A stretch of 64,000 bases of DNA from positions 1,541-65,540 of the forward strand of contig JBAZYR010000006.1 in the NCBI GenBank assembly GCA_041659225.1. Reading direction: 5' to 3'. The position numbers were made by a program, and so were the translations under genes. This DNA is from Candidatus Staskawiczbacteria bacterium (GTDB lineage Bacteria > Patescibacteriota > Minisyncoccia > Minisyncoccales > Staskawiczbacteraceae). Below the pieces are notes generated by a model, which saw only the letters and a program-made list of their open reading frames with translations, did no database searches and was not told where the DNA came from. The first letter of the stretch is position 1. Every line of letters starts with the position of its first letter. This document shows, one piece after another, positions 1 through 7,787 of this stretch.

Positions 1-1
1 A

Positions 2-121
2 ATTAGAAAGTTTATCTCAAGGGAGAAAGCCCGAATTCGTCGGGAGGTTTTAGATTCTGCAGAGCAAGACAGATTAATACTCGAAGTCTGCAAAAAATTT
101 AAGCGCACTCCTACAGTATGA
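2..121 (+). CDS. 3' end of an unidentified upstream CDS (partial, runs off the window start)
   Basis: This frame is open from the window edge to TGA at 119-121. The stop overlaps the ATG of the next gene (ATGA), as in translational coupling. 39 residues are too few to assign a product. Confidence 0.3.
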   Translation: MRKFISREKARIRREVLDSAEQDRLILEVCKKFKRTPTV

Positions 122-1062
122 AGATAAAAGATATATATAACTTAGCCGTGAAGAATGGATTGGACGCGGATCTGCGGGGCAGAGAATATATCGAAAAGAA
201 AATGTTGAGAAGAAAGGATAGATACGAAAAACTTTCTTCGCAGGAGAAAGAATCTTTTGATTTAGAAACCTTAGAAAATCCATATTCTGATTCTCGAGTT
301 TTAAACATAGCCGAAGATAAAGAGATAAAAAAAGTGATGGTGGGGATTGATATCGGACCAGCTGAAATACTATTAGCAAAAGAAATAGGAGGGGTAGACC
401 TGGTTATCTCTCATCACCCGCTAGGAAAAGGCTTAGCTAATTTAGCTGATGTAATGGATCTGCAGTGCGAGATTTTAAGCCTGTACGGCGTTCCTATTAA
501 TGTTGCCGAAGGATTAATGCATGAAAAGATAAGCGAAGTTGCTCGGGGAGTTAATTCTGCGAACCATCAAAGGACAGTAGATGCCGCAAAACTTCTGAAG
601 TTCAACCTAATGTGCTTGCATACAGTTTGCGATAATCTCGCTGCAAGGTTTTTGAAGGATTTAGTAGAAAGCAAAGAGTTCACCCATTTGGAAGATTTGA
701 TGAAAGTATTGAAAGAAATACCAGAGTACAAAGAAGCAACAAAGATTGGAGCAGGTCCTAAGATTTATGTCGGCAGGCCGGAAAATTATTGCGGGAAGAT
801 CGCTGTAACAGAAATAACTGGGGGCACTGAGGGCTCGCCTAAGCTTTACGACAAGATGGCCCAAGCTGGAGTTGGGACTGTAATCGGAATGCATATTTCC
901 GAAGAGCACAAAAAAGAAGCTGAGGCATCTAATGTAAATATAGTAATTGCAGGACACATATCTTCCGATTCTCTAGGAGTGAATTTGTTGCTCGATGAGT
1001 TGGAAAAACAAGGAATAGAGATTGTCCCCTGCTCAGGGCTGATAAGGGTAAAGAGAAGCTAA
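118..1062 (+). CDS. NIF3-family (GTP cyclohydrolase 1 type 2 homolog / DUF34) metal-binding protein
   Basis: 314 aa. VDLVISHHPL motif and C-terminal IVIAGHISSDS are typical of the Nif3 dinuclear-metal family. Confidence 0.7.
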   Translation: MKIKDIYNLAVKNGLDADLRGREYIEKKMLRRKDRYEKLSSQEKESFDLETLENPYSDSRVLNIAEDKEIKKVMVGIDIGPAEILLAKEIGGVDLVISHHPLGKGLANLADVMDLQCEILSLYGVPINVAEGLMHEKISEVARGVNSANHQRTVDAAKLLKFNLMCLHTVCDNLAARFLKDLVESKEFTHLEDLMKVLKEIPEYKEATKIGAGPKIYVGRPENYCGKIAVTEITGGTEGSPKLYDKMAQAGVGTVIGMHISEEHKKEAEASNVNIVIAGHISSDSLGVNLLLDELEKQGIEIVPCSGLIRVKRS

Positions 1063-1074
1063 AAAATCCGCTGT

Positions 1075-2673
1075 TCAGCGGATTTTTTTTAGCATGTAAG
1101 TGTCTTTTAATTTGTATCCGAATTTTTTGTAGTATCCTCTTACTCCCACACCGGAAATGACGGTGATTTTTTTAAGCTTCGTTTCGTTCTTAGTAATCTT
1201 CTCGGCTTCTATAATTAATTTTTTCCCTAACCCTTTATGTTGGGGCGACAATTCAGATTCAGTTTCTAACAACGGATGGAGCTGTCCGTAGGTATGTAAC
1301 TCCCGGATGATCGACGATCCTTTAATAACGGAAAGAGTAGCGTCCTCGGATGGTATGCGTAACCTTAGCAGGCTGTATAGCCGTTCGCGGTTTTTGCTTT
1401 CGTAGCTTAAGAATATTTCCCTTCCGCCTGAAGCGCTGTATTCTTCGCGGAAAAGATAGAGTTTTTCTTTTGTTTGGTAATCCCCCTTAATTTCCCGGCA
1501 TCTTATGCAATGGCAACGCCAAGATTGTTTTTTCGAGATTTCCGCTAATATTTGTCTTAGGTTAGAAATCTTAGCTGGACCCTCAACAATGCTTTGCGAA
1601 GGGATGTCCCGTGTCAGCCGTTGTATGCGGCAATAATATGGGATTTGTTTTTTTACTTTTAGCAACAAATCAGTTAGTTGTTTCTCGGTGTATGGTTTGT
1701 ATCCACCTTTCTGCCATAGCCTATACAGCGGCGCCTCTTTTAAGACCGCACAGGGATATATTTTTAATAGATCTGGCTGGAAGCCTTGGTTTTCAAATAG
1801 TTCTCTAAACATTGCCTCGTCTCGCTTTAAATCAGACTTCGGTAGATTCGGCATCATATGGTAGCAAATTTTAAACCCAGCGTCCTTCAACAGTTTCGTT
1901 GCGTTGATCGTGTCTTTTACTGAGTGACCCCGTTGGTTGAATTTTAGAACGTCGTCGTAAATACTTTGGACTCCCATTTCAACTCTAGTCACGCCCAGTT
2001 TCCTTAGATGAAGAATTTCTTTCTCGTTGATATAGTCCGGCCTTGTTTCTGCGGTTATTCCGATGATTCTGTGTTTTGCCACCTCGTTCTTCTTTTGTTC
2101 CCTTGATAGGTTTTGGATTTTATTTCTCGATTTGTTATTACAAGCAGCAAAGCAGCGGGTTACGAACCATTCCTGGTATTTTTTAGGCAAGTAAGACCAT
2201 GTCCCCCCTATAATAATCAGCTCTACCTTGTCAGTCGGGTGTCCTTGAATTTCCAAGGATTCTATTCTAGCTTGGACTTGTCTGTAGGGATCAAACTTGT
2301 TAAGAATAGCTCGCATTACCGCAGGCTCGTTAGAAAGATAGGACTTGGGCATTCCTTTTTCTGTCGGGCAATAAAGACAATTCCCCGGGCAGGGATAAGG
2401 CTTAGTAAGAACAGAGACCACAGCAACGCCGGAAAGAGATCTCATAGCTCTCTTTCTCAGGGCCAGCTCAAGGTTTTTATCGGGTTTTTCCCTTCTTCTG
2501 GCGCAAAAAGCGTGGTATGATTTTAGTAGTTGTATATTGGAAATAACCGGGATTTTGAACTTTTTAGATATCTTTCTTTTGAAGTTATCCAAATCAGCAA
2601 AGGATTTTACTTTACTTTTTACTAAATCAATAATTATTAAGCTCTCTAAGGATTTATCCATAAAATGCGCCAA
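1075..2673 (-). CDS. elp3: Elp3-like radical SAM / GNAT acetyltransferase (tRNA U34 cm5 modification enzyme family)
   Basis: 532 aa. Radical-SAM cluster motif CPGNCLYCP, central TIM-like radical SAM core, C-terminal GNAT block QHKGLGKKLIIEAEKI. The real start may be the second Met at 2661. Confidence 0.85.
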   Translation of the reverse strand: MAHFMDKSLESLIIIDLVKSKVKSFADLDNFKRKISKKFKIPVISNIQLLKSYHAFCARRREKPDKNLELALRKRAMRSLSGVAVVSVLTKPYPCPGNCLYCPTEKGMPKSYLSNEPAVMRAILNKFDPYRQVQARIESLEIQGHPTDKVELIIIGGTWSYLPKKYQEWFVTRCFAACNNKSRNKIQNLSREQKKNEVAKHRIIGITAETRPDYINEKEILHLRKLGVTRVEMGVQSIYDDVLKFNQRGHSVKDTINATKLLKDAGFKICYHMMPNLPKSDLKRDEAMFRELFENQGFQPDLLKIYPCAVLKEAPLYRLWQKGGYKPYTEKQLTDLLLKVKKQIPYYCRIQRLTRDIPSQSIVEGPAKISNLRQILAEISKKQSWRCHCIRCREIKGDYQTKEKLYLFREEYSASGGREIFLSYESKNRERLYSLLRLRIPSEDATLSVIKGSSIIRELHTYGQLHPLLETESELSPQHKGLGKKLIIEAEKITKNETKLKKITVISGVGVRGYYKKFGYKLKDTYMLKKIR

Positions 2674-3372
2674 GAATACGCCAAGTACTTAATAGAGAAG
2701 ACTAGGAGGGATTATAACGTGATTGCTAAGCACTTTTCAAGCACGAGAGAGTTTATGTGGAAGGATTTAATGCCTCTTATTGATTATACAGTTTCTGGCG
2801 ACAAAGTCTTAGATTTAGGCTGTGGCAACGGTCGGTTATTTTCCGTGTTAAAAGAAAAAGGAATTGAATATGTCGGCATGGATAATTCAGAGGGATTAAT
2901 AGAAGAAGCGAAAAGAAGGTTTCCAAAAGCAAGTTTTAAAGTCGGGGGTTTATTAACTTTGCCTTTTCCAGAAGATACTTTTGATAAAGTATACTGTATC
3001 GCCACCTTGCACCATATCCCCTCGAATGAATTGAGGGTGGTAGCTTTAAAAGAAATTAAAAGAGTTCTTAAGCCGAAAGGGATTTTAGTGTTAACTGTCT
3101 GGAATCTATGGCAAAGAAAAACCATTTGGAGAAAAGTTATTAGAAATAATTTATTGAAGGTAATTGGCTTTGCTAAAATGGATTTCAATGATATTTTAGT
3201 TCCGTGGAAGGACAAAGATGGGAAAGTTTTAATTCAGAGATACATTCATTTATTCACGAAAAGAGAGCTCAGAAATGTAGCTAAGAAGGCTGGGTTTACT
3301 GTTCAAGACGTTAAGGTTACTGAACGGCCGGAATTAAAAGATAATAATCTTTTTATCATTTGCCAGAAATAG
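2665..3372 (+). CDS. Trm9/ALKBH8-type class I SAM-dependent methyltransferase
   Basis: 235 aa. YNVIAKHFSSTR...W, VLDLGCGNGR (SAM motif I), ATLHHIPS, DILVPW and QRYIHLFTKREL match the blocks I recall for yeast Trm9. Confidence 0.7.
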   Translation: MRQEYAKYLIEKTRRDYNVIAKHFSSTREFMWKDLMPLIDYTVSGDKVLDLGCGNGRLFSVLKEKGIEYVGMDNSEGLIEEAKRRFPKASFKVGGLLTLPFPEDTFDKVYCIATLHHIPSNELRVVALKEIKRVLKPKGILVLTVWNLWQRKTIWRKVIRNNLLKVIGFAKMDFNDILVPWKDKDGKVLIQRYIHLFTKRELRNVAKKAGFTVQDVKVTERPELKDNNLFIICQK

Positions 3373-3444
3373 GCCCTCGTAGTTCAATGGATAGGACATC
3401 TCCCTCCGAAGGAGAAGATGGCTGTTCGACTCAGCCCGAGGGCA
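3373..3444 (+). tRNA. tRNA-Arg (anticodon CCG)
   Basis: 72-nt cloverleaf folded by hand: acceptor GCCCTCG/CGAGGGC, D stem GTTC/GGAC, anticodon stem TCTCC/GGAGA with loop CT-CCG-AA, T arm GGCTG-TTCGACT-CAGCC, discriminator A. CCA is not encoded. Confidence 0.9.
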
Positions 3445-3539
3445 CATCCGTCATTTATATTTGAATAATTTAGTTGTTTGTGCTAATTTTCAGTTAGTTG
3501 TTTCCGAGTCGTTCCAGTACCTTAACAAGGGGGCAAGTC

Positions 3540-4220
3540 ATGGCCGATACGCCGATGAGATCTCTATTGAGCAGAAATTGGATACTGCATCACCACGCAA
3601 GAGGTAATATATTTATACACCCTTTTAATCCGAGAAATCTTCAAACTACCAGCTACGATGTCAGGCTTGGCGAAAGCTTTTTTCAGGAGCAACTATTCGG
3701 CACATCTTTGAGAAGGCCGTTTAATCCTTTCTGCCCCGCAGACATTGAAAGGTATTGGGGCAAACCGCAGGTGGCAGTCAAAGCTAGCGATTGGGTAGTA
3801 GCAAACGGCCCGTTGGAGAATATCAAACCAGAAGACAGGATTATCATCCTGGGTCCGAGTGAAACTATTCTAGCGCACACAGATGAGTTTATCGGTGGGC
3901 GTAATTGTGTGACAACGGAAATGAGGGCTAGAAGCTCAATGGGTAGAATCGGAATCACTGTCTGTAAGTGCGCTGGTTGGGGTGACCTCGGATTCTGCAA
4001 TCGTTGGACTATGGAGATGACTAATCACCTAAGAGACACTTCAGTTGTTTTAGTGGTCGGTATGCGAGTCGCCCAAATTGCGTTTTATCAAGTTGATCCG
4101 GTAGCATGCTCTTACGCGGATGCAGGTGGCCAGTACCAACCCACGGATGACACAGATAAGATGATGAGCGGATGGTCGCCATATTCGATGTTGCCGAGAT
4201 TCCGTCGTGATAATTATTAA
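3540..4220 (+). CDS. dCTP deaminase / dUTPase-superfamily protein (GC-rich cassette A)
   Basis: SYDVRLG motif, then SSMGRIGITVCKCAGWGDLGFCNRWTMEMTN...GMRVAQIAFY, which matches the dCTP deaminase pattern. I prefer the start at ATG 3540 (SD AAGGGGG 6 nt upstream) over TTG 3498. Visibly GC-rich against its flanks. Weak hairpin about 4235-4265. Confidence 0.65.
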   Translation: MADTPMRSLLSRNWILHHHARGNIFIHPFNPRNLQTTSYDVRLGESFFQEQLFGTSLRRPFNPFCPADIERYWGKPQVAVKASDWVVANGPLENIKPEDRIIILGPSETILAHTDEFIGGRNCVTTEMRARSSMGRIGITVCKCAGWGDLGFCNRWTMEMTNHLRDTSVVLVVGMRVAQIAFYQVDPVACSYADAGGQYQPTDDTDKMMSGWSPYSMLPRFRRDNY

Positions 4221-4269
4221 GACTAGTCATAATCGGTCCTGCTCTCAGCCGGACCTCTTTGTTTATATT

Positions 4270-4311
4270 AGTGGAAATACTGTGGATAATGTGTGATATA
4301 ATTGTGGTATC
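4270..4311. repeat. Four 9-mers phased exactly 11 bp apart, one a perfect DnaA box
   Basis: aGTGGAAAT (4270), TGTGGATAA (4281-4289, the exact reverse complement of TTATCCACA), TGTGATATA (4292), TGTGGTATC (4303). Only the second is a good DnaA box; the others share just the TGTG(G/A) core. Confidence 0.3.
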
Positions 4312-4344
4312 TTTGGTTATTTAGGCGTATCAAGAAAACGGGTA

Positions 4345-4372
4345 TTGACATTGAGCTATTTGGAATTAGAAT
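4345..4372 (+). promoter_or_regulatory. Sigma70-type promoter of the sRNA candidate
   Basis: TTGACA (4345-4350), 16 nt spacer, TAGAAT (4367-4372). Confidence 0.5.
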
Positions 4373-4378
4373 ATAGGG

Positions 4379-4540
4379 CGAGGGGGTGCGAGATTCATTC
4401 TCAAGGACAAAGTGGTTCTTAATGCAGTAGGTTGAAGTTATTTAACAATAATTCACGTGTCCGAATTATGCTTGAGCATAAACCGATCGCGTTGAGAGTT
4501 ACACCCCCTCACTAAAAAATCCCGTAAAACGGGATTTTTT
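4379..4540 (+). ncRNA. Orphan structured sRNA candidate (unclassified)
   Basis: No ORF beyond 2 codons. A perfect 9-bp closing helix (GAGGGGGTG 4380-4388 with CACCCCCTC 4502-4510) encloses TCTCAA/TTGAGA, GGACA/TGTCC and TATGCT/AGCATA helices. An intrinsic terminator ATCCCG-TAAAA-CGGGAT plus T6 (4514-4540) follows directly. The downstream gene has its own extended -10. Confidence 0.45.
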
Positions 4541-4632
4541 AGTTCACCGACTTGTGCTCCAAAATGTGTGCTAATATGTTAAAATAAGGTATATTAAGAA
4601 AGGTCGAACAATTATTTAAAATATATAAAAAC

Positions 4633-4896
4633 ATGGTAAAGAAGGAAGAGGGAAAAGTAATTGGTAAAATCACCCATTACTTTTCCAACATCGAGGTTTG
4701 TGTCATTGAGCTTACAGGTCCTTTGAAGGAAGGAGATGAGATCAGGGTTGTCGGCGGAGAAGAGACTGATTTTACTCAAACAGTTGGTTCAATGCAGATT
4801 GAACACGAGAAAGTAAAATCAGCGAAAAAGGGAGACGCAATCGGCATGAAGATAAAAGAAAAGGTAAGGGAAGGATATAAGGTGTATAAGGTGTAG
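4633..4896 (+). CDS. Small beta-barrel protein resembling EF-Tu domain 2
   Basis: 87 aa. GKVIGKITHYFSNIEVCVIEL...GDEIRVVG...GDAIGMKI resembles the translation-factor domain-2 barrel. Function unknown. Confidence 0.5.
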   Translation: MVKKEEGKVIGKITHYFSNIEVCVIELTGPLKEGDEIRVVGGEETDFTQTVGSMQIEHEKVKSAKKGDAIGMKIKEKVREGYKVYKV

Positions 4897-4959
4897 GTCT
4901 TTTTTAAGCTTTAGTTTTAGGGATTTTGTTCAATCCTTAATTTTTAATTATCTATATAA

Positions 4960-5949
4960 ATGAAAATAACTCGTACTCCAATAGAAATAAGAGAAAAAAT
5001 AGAGAATAAGGTCATTGATTGGCTGGCTTTTGGCGCCGGAGGAAAGCTTACAGTTACAAAGCCGACAGATAGTTTCTCTCCCGCCGATATAGTTGTGAAA
5101 GCGAGAGGAGAGTATGATGAAGAAGTTTCTCTTTATTTTAAAATCCAAGAATGCACTAAATCAGGGGAGAAAAATACATATAAAACAGAAGTTAAGCTTG
5201 ATGATTTCAAAACGATAGAGAATTATTTCTTGTTGTTTGTATATTTTGATATAGTTTTCCAGGATATCAACGAATATGCTTGGCTTATTCCCTTGAAGAC
5301 TTTTTCTGAAATTTCAGAGCCGGCCACTTCCGGCAAGAAAAAGATATTGTTATTTGAGTCGCCGATAAACGTTGAAGCAGAAAATCAATATACAAAATAT
5401 CTAGTTCGAAAGGATGAGCTTGCTAATGTTGTCGAGAGAATAATAAAGGCGGGCGGTAAATTCGAGGTGTCTGAAGGGGGATTATCCGATTTAATAAAGA
5501 TTAAAATAGATGATTTGAAAGAATTTATCTCCGAGGCCCGTCGAAATACTTATGCAGGAGAGGGGGTCTTTGTTGATAATCCCCGTTTGCTCGGATCTAA
5601 AGAATTTGAATTCCAAAAAGGAGACTGGTTTTATCAAGATATCTATTTCAGTGGAGAAAAGAATCTTATCGGGCAGGAAATTGTTTACCATAATAATAAG
5701 CCAATTTGGAGCATGGGTTATTTCGGGGAGCAAGTATCGAACAAAACCGCTGAATTTTTAAGAATGGCTTTATTAAAACTATCAGATAAGTGCCGGCTTG
5801 GGGAGAAATGTGAAGTTGAAAAAAAGGAGTTTCGCTATGAGGATTCAGGCACTGGGACTATAGAAAAATTCTGGGGCGAAGAAAAGATATCTATGCTGGG
5901 CAAGAACATCTATAAGTTAAACTATCAAGGCGGTTTGATTTCAAAGTAA
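4960..5949 (+). CDS. Hypothetical two-domain protein, possibly with an N-terminal PD-(D/E)xK-like nuclease fold
   Basis: 329 aa ORF whose stop abuts the EndoQ start (TAA-ATG). The D...E-x-K-like pattern (ADIVVKARGE...IQECTK) is only suggestive. Confidence 0.5.
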   Translation: MKITRTPIEIREKIENKVIDWLAFGAGGKLTVTKPTDSFSPADIVVKARGEYDEEVSLYFKIQECTKSGEKNTYKTEVKLDDFKTIENYFLLFVYFDIVFQDINEYAWLIPLKTFSEISEPATSGKKKILLFESPINVEAENQYTKYLVRKDELANVVERIIKAGGKFEVSEGGLSDLIKIKIDDLKEFISEARRNTYAGEGVFVDNPRLLGSKEFEFQKGDWFYQDIYFSGEKNLIGQEIVYHNNKPIWSMGYFGEQVSNKTAEFLRMALLKLSDKCRLGEKCEVEKKEFRYEDSGTGTIEKFWGEEKISMLGKNIYKLNYQGGLISK

Positions 5950-7197
5950 ATGATTTTTATAGCGGACTTCCACATCCACTCCAAATATTCCAGGGCGACG
6001 TCGCCCCAGATGGATTTAATAAATCTGGATAAGTGGGCTAGAATAAAAGGCATAAAGGTCTTAGGCACGGGCGACTTTACCCATCCAGAATGGTTTAAAT
6101 CTTTAAAAAAGGAGCTAGAGCCAGCTGAGCCGGGCTTGTTTAAATTGAAGACAAGCGATTCCCCTACTCGTTTTATTCTTACCTCGGAGATAAGCTGTAT
6201 TTATAAAAAGAATGATCGAGTAAGAAAGGTGCATATTATAGTTTTTGCTCCGTCGCTTGAGGTTGTTGGGGAAATTAATGCTCAGCTTGGGCGCATCGGG
6301 AATATCAAGTCTGACGGAAGGCCGATATTAGGGTTAGATGCAAAAGAGTTAGCAAAGATTATATTGAACATCTCAAAAGACTGTTTGATAGTGCCGGCCC
6401 ATCTTTGGACGCCGTGGTTTAGTATTTTTGGCTCAAAATCAGGATTCGATTCTATCGAGGAATGTTTTGACGAATATTCAAAATATATATATGCGGTTGA
6501 AACAGGATTAAGTTCAGACCCCGCCATGAATTGGAGGCTATCAGGATTAGATAAGGTCGCTTTAATCTCGAACAGCGATAGCCACTCCCCCAGGAAAATC
6601 GGCAGGGAAGCTAACGTTTTTAGCGCCGATTTGAGCTATGAAGGAATCGCCGAAGCGATAAAATCTAAGGATAATACGAGATTTCTTTATACCATCGAGT
6701 TTTTTCCAGAAGAGGGGAAATATCATTTCGATGGCCATAGAAGCTGCGATATTAGTTTGGCCCCGGAAAAATCAAAGAAATATAATAACATTTGCCCTCG
6801 TTGTGGGAAACCTTTAACCATCGGTGTGCTTAATAGGGTGGAGGAGTTGGCAGACCGGCCCGAAGGGTTTAAACCAAAAAACCTCATCCCCTTCCGCAGT
6901 TTGATTCCACTTGAAGAAATAATTGCAGAGGCAAAAAATGTCGGGCCTAATTCTAAAAAAGTAGCGCTAGAATACGATAAAGTGATAAAAAATATAGGAA
7001 ACGAGTTTAGGATATTATTGGAATCTTCGAGGGAGGAGCTGAATGAAGCGACGAGTTCAGAAATCGCCGAAGGGATAATTAGAGTAAGGGAAGGAAATGT
7101 CAGTATCGAGCCGGGTTTTGACGGCATCTATGGCAAGGTGAAGATTTTCAGCGAAGCAGAGAAAAAAGATATATCAACCCAGAGCACTTTATTTTGA
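5950..7197 (+). CDS. Endonuclease Q (EndoQ)-like PHP-domain endonuclease
   Basis: 415 aa. N-terminal DFHIHSKYSRA PHP motif, SNSDSHSP, zinc finger CPRCGKPLTIGVLNRVEELADR and a C-terminal GFDGIYGKVKIF-type tail parallel Pyrococcus EndoQ as I recall it. Confidence 0.8.
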   Translation: MIFIADFHIHSKYSRATSPQMDLINLDKWARIKGIKVLGTGDFTHPEWFKSLKKELEPAEPGLFKLKTSDSPTRFILTSEISCIYKKNDRVRKVHIIVFAPSLEVVGEINAQLGRIGNIKSDGRPILGLDAKELAKIILNISKDCLIVPAHLWTPWFSIFGSKSGFDSIEECFDEYSKYIYAVETGLSSDPAMNWRLSGLDKVALISNSDSHSPRKIGREANVFSADLSYEGIAEAIKSKDNTRFLYTIEFFPEEGKYHFDGHRSCDISLAPEKSKKYNNICPRCGKPLTIGVLNRVEELADRPEGFKPKNLIPFRSLIPLEEIIAEAKNVGPNSKKVALEYDKVIKNIGNEFRILLESSREELNEATSSEIAEGIIRVREGNVSIEPGFDGIYGKVKIFSEAEKKDISTQSTLF

Positions 7198-7243
7198 AGC
7201 CAGGGTTGACAAATTATTATGAGAATATAGTATAAACTATAAC

Positions 7244-7717
7244 ATGGTAGGGAAAGTTTTCTACATCACTAAAAAGAAACTTGAGGAGCTCCAAGCAGAG
7301 CATAAGACTTTGCTTGATTTAGAACTCCGTAAAACAAAGACCGATGCGCCTAAGATTTTTCAGTCCGAGGATGTTAATCCCGAATATATTAACTTTCAGG
7401 AAGATTTGGGTTTTTTAAGATCACGCATTAACGAGTTAGAGGATATTCTTAAGAACTTTGAGATTATTAAAAAACCGCAGAAAACCAAGCAGAGCGTTGT
7501 CGGGCTGGGATCAAAGATAACAGTATCGGTCGAAGGGGAAAAAGACGAGTTCACGATCGTTGGCACATTAGAGGCTAATCCTTCTTTAGGCAAAATAAGC
7601 AATGAGTCCCCGGTTGGCAGCGCTATGATGGATCACAAAGTTGGCGACGTAGTTATAGTTTCCTCTCCCATAAAAGTAGCATATAAAATTTTAAAGATTG
7701 ATTACCACACCTCTTAA
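7244..7717 (+). CDS. greA: Transcription elongation factor GreA
   Basis: 157 aa. N-terminal coiled coil and C-terminal VGLGSKITV...ISNESPVGSAMMDHKVGDVV are typical of GreA. Confidence 0.8.
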   Translation: MVGKVFYITKKKLEELQAEHKTLLDLELRKTKTDAPKIFQSEDVNPEYINFQEDLGFLRSRINELEDILKNFEIIKKPQKTKQSVVGLGSKITVSVEGEKDEFTIVGTLEANPSLGKISNESPVGSAMMDHKVGDVVIVSSPIKVAYKILKIDYHTS

Positions 7718-7745
7718 AACAAGTGTTTAGTTCGGTTTTTTGACG

Positions 7746-7767
7746 AATCAGGTTCAAACCTGATTTT
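7746..7767 (+). terminator. Hairpin terminator after greA
   Basis: AATCAGGT-TCAA-ACCTGATT followed by a short T run. Confidence 0.45.
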
Positions 7768-7787
7768 AATTTCAAAATATTTTTATC

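Noticed and set aside
74-379. Numerous 60-190-aa antisense ORFs nested inside long housekeeping genes (for example 74-379 -, 661-957 -, 29099-29665 -, 53077-53604 -)
   Set aside because: They lie fully within well-supported genes on the opposite strand, give low-complexity or hydrophobic junk translations, and have no independent start context.
3373-4265. Integrative island at tRNA-Arg carrying the dCTP deaminase-like gene
   Set aside because: There is no integrase. The only candidate repeat of the tRNA 3' end is a 7-nt CTCAGCC match at about 4244, which is too short to mean anything.
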